From Centroscyllium fabricii (Eukaryota), in the NCBI GenBank assembly GCA_051313645.2, contig JBNRSN020000008.1, forward strand, positions 42,036,001-42,100,000: a stretch of DNA of 64,000 nucleotides. The letters run 5' to 3'. How positions within the stretch are numbered: position 1 is the stretch's first letter; every line of letters begins with the position of its first letter. The notes beneath the pieces were generated by a model that saw only the letters and a list, made by a program, of their open reading frames with translations, made no database searches and was not told where the DNA came from. Both the position numbers and the translations under genes were made by a program. Shown in pieces: positions 61,921-64,000 of the stretch.

Positions 61921-62240
61921 AATTCAATTCAATTCAATTCAATTCAAGTTTTATTGTCATTGCAGAGTACAAGTACAATACAACGAAACGAACACTCGCC
62001 GCTCCCGAGAGTAGTGCAAATAAGTTACATACAATTGCGTACATTAAAGTACATTTCAGGTGTGCAGATACTGAAGTTTTTTGTTAGAGTTCAGGAGGCT
62101 GACAGCCCTGGGGAAGAAGCTGTTCTTGAATCTGGCCGTGCGGGTGCAGATTGATCTGTAGGGTCTCCCGGAGGGCAGGGGGGCGAACAGACTGTGGCTG
62201 GGGTGTGTGTGGTCTTTAATAATGACTTGGCTGATGAGTC
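61921..62240 (-). mobile_element. Rex1/Babar LINE 3' fragment
   Basis: IIKDHTHPSHSLFAPLPSGRPYRS..RFKNSFFPRAVSLLN; AATAAA and (ATTGA)5 tail. Confidence 0.88.
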
Positions 62241-62904
62241 CTAATGATGCCCTGACCAACCAGAGCAAAACTTGAGCCACTTAGAAGGTTATCAGAATAC
62301 AGAGACTATGGCCCCGATATTTCCGGGGAGGTGGGGAGGGTGCGGCCGAGCGCGGTAACGGGGAGGGTGGGGGGGATACCTGGACTCAGCGGTCTTGCCG
62401 CTATTAACGGAAAGACCTCATTGTCATTTTCTTCCGTTTCCTGCCCGACAGCTGACCAGACTGGCAAGCTGGTTGCTGCGGGGCGGGAACGTCAACGGCA
62501 GGAGACTGCAGCCGGAGACTATAAAGATGGCGGCAGGTGCGTACGCAGTGGGTTGGGGACACGGTCCCTAATTGTTAATGATTAACCCCACCCCCGACAC
62601 TCTCCCGGCCATCCTGGGGGCGGGGGTAATGTCAAGGCTAATATTGCTGGCTGAAATACTAGCCAACTGTTCTTTTAATTTCACAGATGCATTAATGATC
62701 ATTGTGATATTTACTTAGCTGTGAATCTTCTGGCTATGTATGTACTGAAGCTGTCACTGTATGTTTGACATTACCAGCACTGTATTCATTTCACTGGTGG
62801 GAAATACATTTTGCAGCAGATATTCAAAGCAGCTGGGACAGTAAAAATAATTTCAGTGGGAGATAATCGACACCAACATTACTCTGACTTTCTAGTGCAT
62901 ATTA

Positions 62905-63009
62905 CAGGTTGAAATTCGTTAATCCGGCACGGGCGGGACCAGGCCCGTACCGGACAAGTGAAAATCCCGAACGATTGAAGTTTCGGCGAGCGCATGCGCA
63001 GACCATTCA
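62905..63009. mobile_element. Single arm of a Tigger-like MITE
   Basis: TA-CAGGTTG..TTAATCCGGCAC; matches the left arm of 17660-18036. Confidence 0.75.
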
Positions 63010-64000
63010 TCGGACATCTTGGTGAGCAGGAGAGGGCAAGACGAGGAGAGGGCACAAGAGGCGTGAGTCTTAAAGGGGCAGCAGGATGTGAGCGGTGAGA
63101 CAAAGATGCCAGAAGGGTGCAATATAGGGGCACCATTGTCCCAGGGGGAGAAGGATCAGGAAACAAGGGTCAGAGGTGGAGATGAGGTCGAAGGGAGCGT
63201 CACGGTTGGAAAAACTGCGATTGCAAGAGGACTGTCTATGGGAGAAGATGTATCTGATGGGGAGCAGGATTATGTATTGCAGGCACAGAGGGTTACAGAA
63301 GAGCTGAAGAGTGATGAATTAGAGGGGGACAGAGATATGAAAGTGGGCGATGGGGCAGCATCATGTGGAAAGGGAGAGGTTAGTGAGGAGCAGAAGAGGG
63401 GAGAAAGGGCAGCTCCTGGGCCCAAACTTAATGCAAGGAAGAGGCTGAAACAGCCAGGAAAATTTAAACAGGAGGTGAAAAAGAGTCGGAGGCTGCAGGA
63501 GAAAGCAACAGCTGGCCAAAAAGTTGGGAAGGAGCATGAGAGGAGGGTCGGGCCAGGGGTTAAACGATGGGGAGATTATCAGGCTTACTTTCCTTCATTG
63601 GAGCCATGATTACGTTGGTCTCAATTAATGTGAATGGACTGAGGGGTGAGAAGAAACTGCAGCAGTTGTTGCAGGGTTTTAAACACACGAACTTGTTGTG
63701 TCTGCAAGAAACCTTTTGGGATGAGGACATCCTAGGGAGCGTTCAGAAGGTTTAGAAGGGAGAGGTGTTTGCAAGCTGTACAAACAATAACCGTAGACGG
63801 GTGGCGGTTTTGGTGAGTCTGTCCATGAAGGAGAATGTAGGGCCTTGGTGGACAAGAACACTGAGGAGAGATGTTTACGGCTAAGGGTAAAAATGGAGGG
63901 ATTTAATTGCGATCTCTTTAATGTTTATGCACCGAACGACCATTGCAAGCATCGCAAGTTTTTTAGGGGGTTATTCACTGAAGTGGCAGAGGTGGAAAAT

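Larger units (their letters stand above)
60690..64000 (+). mobile_element. Tx1/L1-clade LINE, decayed and interrupted; ORF1 remnants and start of ORF2
   Basis: VSFLNLPVYIEDD, RRRYYPGTRVADGTRYVKV, two CCHC-type knuckles; ORF2 start at 63607 MITLVSINVNGLR..CLQETFW. Confidence 0.85.

Overview
Repeat-dominated vertebrate genomic DNA, most likely from a shark. The evidence is HE1-type V-SINEs with HER1/CR1 tails, Deu-domain SacSINE1-like SINEs and abundant CR1, RTE and Penelope remnants. No host protein-coding gene can be called with confidence. Large elements: a partial Ty3/Gypsy element (1-3594, tRNA-Ser PBS) inside a CR1; a 5'-truncated RTEX-like LINE (24331-28116); a full-length but decayed Gypsy provirus (33167-38225); a near-intact CR1 with a 158-bp monomer array and an open 959-aa ORF2 (38886-43993); an RTE LINE; an internally deleted Gypsy; a Tx1-like LINE; several solo LTRs; and many nested MITEs. 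Most notable observations: (1) 3-bp-TSD MITEs of at least two families sit repeatedly at the predicted GUU cleavage triplet of Penelope minimal hammerhead ribozymes. (2) The Gypsy provirus has no tRNA PBS; that position holds a perfect 14-nt complement of its own LTR, suggesting self-priming. (3) A solo LTR shares that element's U3/R but has a different U5. (4) A composite with stacked LINE 3' tails recurs twice. All family names come from motif recognition by eye, not from database searches.
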